Positions 60,880 to 64,000 of a stretch of DNA of 64,000 bases are shown here, one piece after another. Position 1 is the stretch's first letter. Each line of letters opens with the position of its first letter. The translations under genes and the position numbers were made by a program. The notes below the pieces were generated by a model. That model was not told the DNA's origin. It ran no database searches and saw only the letters and a list, made by a program, of their open reading frames with translations. Source of the stretch: an uncultured Gammaproteobacteria bacterium. GTDB taxonomy: Bacteria; Patescibacteriota; Patescibacteriia; Patescibacteriales; WJLG01. The stretch covers positions 3,445-67,444 of the forward strand of contig CAZJPG010000005.1 in assembly GCA_964547855.1 (NCBI GenBank). The letters are read 5' to 3'.

Positions 60880-63594
60880 CTATTGAGCGATCACAGTCGC
60901 GATGTTGGAATAATCGGAATAGAAATAATATCCGCCATTACCCTCGACCGCATTTCTAACGCGATAGCTATACTCCGTACCGATCTCAACGCTTTGATCG
61001 GAATAGTTGGTCGTATTCGGAGAGAGTCTTGCTATCTCATAGAAAGATGATCCATTATCGCTCCTCTCGACGTAGAAATGGACTTCATCGCTACTCGTAT
61101 CCACCCAACTCAAATTCACGCTACCAGCCGAAGAAGACGCCGCCAAGTCGCTAGGCGCCGTAGTCGGCGGAGCATCGACGTTAGTGGCGCTTATGGACTC
61201 GGAATAATCGGAATAGAAAGGAACTCCATCGACCATCATCAACGCCCTGACACGATAGTAGTATGTCTGACTCGGTTCAAGATCGGAGTCTGAGATCATA
61301 AAGCCATTTTCACCAACGAAAGTTATCGGGAAGAATTCAGAGCCATCGAAACTTTTCTCCACCCAATAACCAGTCTCGTTATTGGCATTATCGGTCCAAT
61401 AGATATCGATCTGATACCAAGGCTGGGTAACCGACCAAAGATCGGACGGAGCGGCTATGTACGGAGCGACCAAGGTCGTCGCATTGGCGATATTGGAATA
61501 GGCCGAATAAAATATCTCGCTGCCACCAGTGCTCTTGGCCTTAACCCTAAAATAATACGTGGATCCACCACTAAGACCGGAAACGAAATAAGTCGAAACA
61601 TCGGCCCCGACCTCGGCGATCTTGAAGAAATGCGTCCCATCGGAACTTCTCTCGATATCGAAGCCAGCCTCATTCGAAGAATTATCAGACCAAGACAGAT
61701 CAAGATCATAATAAGAGACATTCGATACTGTTAAGACCGAAGGGGCGACAAGACCAGCCCAAGCCTCGGTACTGGTCGAGACGATAGAGGTGTAGGACGA
61801 ATAAATTGTCTGACCACTCTCCTCTTTCTTGGCTCTGATGCGATAATAATAATTCGTGTTAGAGACCAATCCTTGATCTTGATAAGAAGTGGCATCCGGG
61901 CCGACGCTAGCGATGATGGAGAAATTAACCCCATTGATGCTTCTCTCGATGGAGAATCCCGTCTCGTTAGTGGCATTATCCTGCCAAGAAAGGTCTATCT
62001 CCGAATAAGACGCGGCACTTGCGGCCAAAAGGGAAGGCGTGGCCACAGTGACCGAAATGGTCGAAGCATTGGCCGTATTGGAGTAGCTGGAAAGGACTTC
62101 CTCGCCGCCATCTTCTTTGTAGGCCATGACCCGATAATAATAGATAGTCCCGGAATCAAGTCCCGAATCGACATAAGACACGGAATCGGCACCAAGGTCG
62201 GCTATCCTCGAAAAACTCGTCCCATTCAAACTTCTCTCTAAATAATAACCAAGCTCATCGACGGCATTATCGCTCCAAGAAAGTTCGATCGCCGAAGACG
62301 AAGATGCCACGGCCACCAACGACGATGGTGCGACCAAAGGAGATGCTTCGGTCGAAGCGACTGAAGATTCTGTGAATGTCGAGAAATAAAAAACACCGCC
62401 GACCACCGAATAAGCTCTCACTCGGTAATAATAGGCAGTGTCAGGAACAAGACTCTCATCTTGATATGTCACGACATCGCTCGCGACTTGGGCTATCTGG
62501 GAGAAATCGACATTATTCAAACTCCTCTCGATGGCAAAGCCGGTCTCATTACTAGAATTGTCGCTCCAAGATAAATCTATCTCAGAATAAGAAACAGGCG
62601 TAAGCGATAAAGCGGAAGGAGCGTTCAACGGATAAGACAATGTCGTGTCGGACACTATCTTAGTATAAGCGGAATACACAGTCGAAGAGGCGTCCTCTCT
62701 GTAGGCCCGAACTCGATAATAGTAAACCTTGTCAGCGACCAATCCGGTATTGGAATAGGTCGTGGCATCGGCCGCCACTTGCGCCACCTGGCTAAAGGTG
62801 AAACCATTCAAACTTCTTTCGATAAGGAAACCACTCTCATCGGAAGAATTATCACTCCACGAAAGATCGATCTGCGAATAAGATGCGGCATTCACCGACA
62901 AAGAGCTGGGCGAAGACAATGGCGAACTTGGAGTCGCTGTCTTGTCGCGGTTGGAATAATCCGAATAGACAGTATAAAGACCGTCCTCACGGTAAGCCCT
63001 AACACGATAATAATATGTCGTTTTCGGAGACAGACCAGAATCGGAATAAGACACCGTGTCAGCCGCCAATGAAGCGACTTCTGAAAAATTATCGCCATCA
63101 AGACTTCTCTCGACAATGAAACCGTCTTCGTTGTTGGCATTGTCGGACCAAGCCAAGGATATACTATCAAAGGCTGTCGCACTGACATTAAGGCCGGATG
63201 GCGCGTTCGGTTTTTCCAAGGTCTGTCCAGCCGTGACAGCGCTCTCGGTCGAACTATACTTGGAATAAGTTATAGTTCCGCCCGCATCCTCATAAGCCCT
63301 GACGCGATAATAATATGTCGTTCCCGGGCTCAATCCTTCATCGACAAGCGATGTTGTATTGGCCGCGACATTACCGACGGAATAGAAAAAGTTACCATCA
63401 AGACTGCCCTCGACGACAAAACCGGTCTCATTGTCGGAATTATCGGTCCAAGTAACGTTTATTTGCGTATTGGACAGCGGCACCGGCACAAGGTTCGATG
63501 GCGCGACCACCTTTTCCTTGGCAGCAGAGACCCCATTCGCACTTAATGCGAACAAAGCCAAAACAAAAGAACAAACTAAAAGTTGCTTTCTCAT
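60880..63594 (-). CDS. secreted surface protein made of nine tandem fibronectin type III-like repeats
   Basis: Signal peptide MRKQLLVCSFVLALFALSANGVSA (AGGGGGA SD upstream of ATG 63594). Motif (L/I)SW.DNS.NE.GF.IERS.(D/N)G..F......(V/A)...T.Y.D.GL...T.YYYRV.A occurs 9 times. Confidence 0.85.
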   Translation of the reverse strand: MRKQLLVCSFVLALFALSANGVSAAKEKVVAPSNLVPVPLSNTQINVTWTDNSDNETGFVVEGSLDGNFFYSVGNVAANTTSLVDEGLSPGTTYYYRVRAYEDAGGTITYSKYSSTESAVTAGQTLEKPNAPSGLNVSATAFDSISLAWSDNANNEDGFIVERSLDGDNFSEVASLAADTVSYSDSGLSPKTTYYYRVRAYREDGLYTVYSDYSNRDKTATPSSPLSSPSSLSVNAASYSQIDLSWSDNSSDESGFLIERSLNGFTFSQVAQVAADATTYSNTGLVADKVYYYRVRAYREDASSTVYSAYTKIVSDTTLSYPLNAPSALSLTPVSYSEIDLSWSDNSSNETGFAIERSLNNVDFSQIAQVASDVVTYQDESLVPDTAYYYRVRAYSVVGGVFYFSTFTESSVASTEASPLVAPSSLVAVASSSSAIELSWSDNAVDELGYYLERSLNGTSFSRIADLGADSVSYVDSGLDSGTIYYYRVMAYKEDGGEEVLSSYSNTANASTISVTVATPSLLAASAASYSEIDLSWQDNATNETGFSIERSINGVNFSIIASVGPDATSYQDQGLVSNTNYYYRIRAKKEESGQTIYSSYTSIVSTSTEAWAGLVAPSVLTVSNVSYYDLDLSWSDNSSNEAGFDIERSSDGTHFFKIAEVGADVSTYFVSGLSGGSTYYFRVKAKSTGGSEIFYSAYSNIANATTLVAPYIAAPSDLWSVTQPWYQIDIYWTDNANNETGYWVEKSFDGSEFFPITFVGENGFMISDSDLEPSQTYYYRVRALMMVDGVPFYSDYSESISATNVDAPPTTAPSDLAASSSAGSVNLSWVDTSSDEVHFYVERSDNGSSFYEIARLSPNTTNYSDQSVEIGTEYSYRVRNAVEGNGGYYFYSDYSNIATVIAQ

Positions 63595-63855
63595 AATTAT
63601 CCCCCTAGGCAACCAGGTCAATAAGACCTTAGATGCCAAAATTACCTCTCCTTAATTATTCATGCCTAAAAAGCCGGCAAACTTTTGGTCTGCCCAAATA
63701 GACACGCCATAAAAGACCTGTTCTGCTCGATCGTTTTTCAGAGAATCAGGTCCAAAAAATATTTTATTAACTTATTAAATTTAAAAAAGAGATGAACTGC
63801 TAATTAAAATATAACATCCTCTTTGCTTTTAAAGAAGCTCCTAAAAATACTCGCA

Positions 63856-63895
63856 TAAACAAAAATCTCCGCTTTAAAGCGGAGATGATCTTTTT
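63856..63895. terminator. hairpin terminator (better T-run on the minus strand)
   Basis: ATCTCCGC-TTTAAA-GCGGAGAT (63865-63886). Minus-sense tail TTTTTGTTT; plus-sense tail GATCTTTTT. Confidence 0.55.
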
Positions 63896-63907
63896 AAGTT
63901 TGACGCA

Positions 63908-64000
63908 GTTGTCGCGGTCGTTCGGCGCCGGATTGCGCCTCGCTCCCTTGTCCAATTTGCTTGTCCGCCTTGGGCGGGTTCGACTCCCCACCTTGAATAA
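63908..64000 (+). ncRNA. unclassified structured element with a T-arm-like motif (copy B, truncated by the window edge)
   Basis: Homologous to 44181-44273 in inverted orientation. Hairpins GGCGC-CGGATT-GCGCC and TCCGCC-TTG-GGCGG(G); GGGTTCGACTCCC motif. Confidence 0.3.

Noticed and set aside
60880-63594. Periodic ~290-bp DNA repeats that could be taken for a CRISPR-like or satellite array
   Set aside because: The period is far too long. The units are diverged, fully in-frame, and encode FN3-like modules of one long ORF. There are no short spacer/repeat alternations anywhere in the window.
9903-63639. Diversity-generating retroelement (common in CPR) acting on the repeat proteins
   Set aside because: There is no reverse-transcriptase ORF and no template/variable repeat pair with A-specific mismatches in the window. 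The near-identical modules at 10.8-11.4 kb differ at all base types.
1455-63991. Numerous track ORFs nested inside or antisense to well-supported genes. Examples: 1455-1730, 3963-4530, 5810-7409, 6608-7309, 8112-8635, 10080-11465, 22262-22813, 27174-27686, 28266-28831, 30043-30455, 45477-45872, 47958-48593, 50163-50675, 54379-55292, 57196-57798, 61078-63655, 63800-63991.
   Set aside because: Each overlaps a longer ORF that carries recognisable family motifs or repeat structure. They lack SD/start context and are typical shadow ORFs of GC-richer or repeat-coding segments.

Overview
64-kb window of a small-gene, moderately AT-rich bacterial chromosome. The content suggests a Candidate Phyla Radiation/Patescibacteria (Parcubacteria-like) genome: many membrane-anchored orphan proteins, class III RNR, GH130, repeat-rich surface proteins. 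That assignment is inference only. All product calls come from motifs I recognise in the supplied translations; no database search was run.

Recognisable housekeeping genes: xer-type tyrosine recombinase, M23 peptidase, rpmA, pyrG, S41 protease, tsaC, cvpA, metG, rsmI, secE-nusG-rplK-rplA, gatB, miaA-miaB, parA-parB, tRNA-Leu(CAA), dnaE, uppP, nrdR-nrdD-nrdG, def, fmt. There is also a dCMP deaminase / dCTP-deaminase-like / tandem-ThyX / two-kinase cluster and a fused pyrB-pyrI. I saw no rRNA, CRISPR array, transposase, reverse transcriptase or phage structural genes.

Most interesting observations:
1. nrdD is interrupted. Its glycyl-radical C-terminus sits in an unlisted 48-codon ORF about 330 nt after the zinc ribbon. 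This could be a group I intron or a genes-in-pieces RNR.
2. Two (plus one truncated) homologous tRNA-fragment-like structured intergenic elements, two of them bracketing tRNA-Leu.
3. A dif-like 11-6-11 palindrome next to xer, with a half-site copy in the xer promoter.
4. A PyrB-PyrI fusion with no other pyr genes nearby.
5. A 142-bp nested inverted-repeat element after nrdG.
6. Several GC-richer orphan genes and orphan operons (20.6-24.2 kb, 13.6-17.0 kb, 25.3-26.6 kb).

Several ORF-track starts (TTG/GTG-extended) were trimmed to downstream ATGs where overlap or SD evidence supported it.
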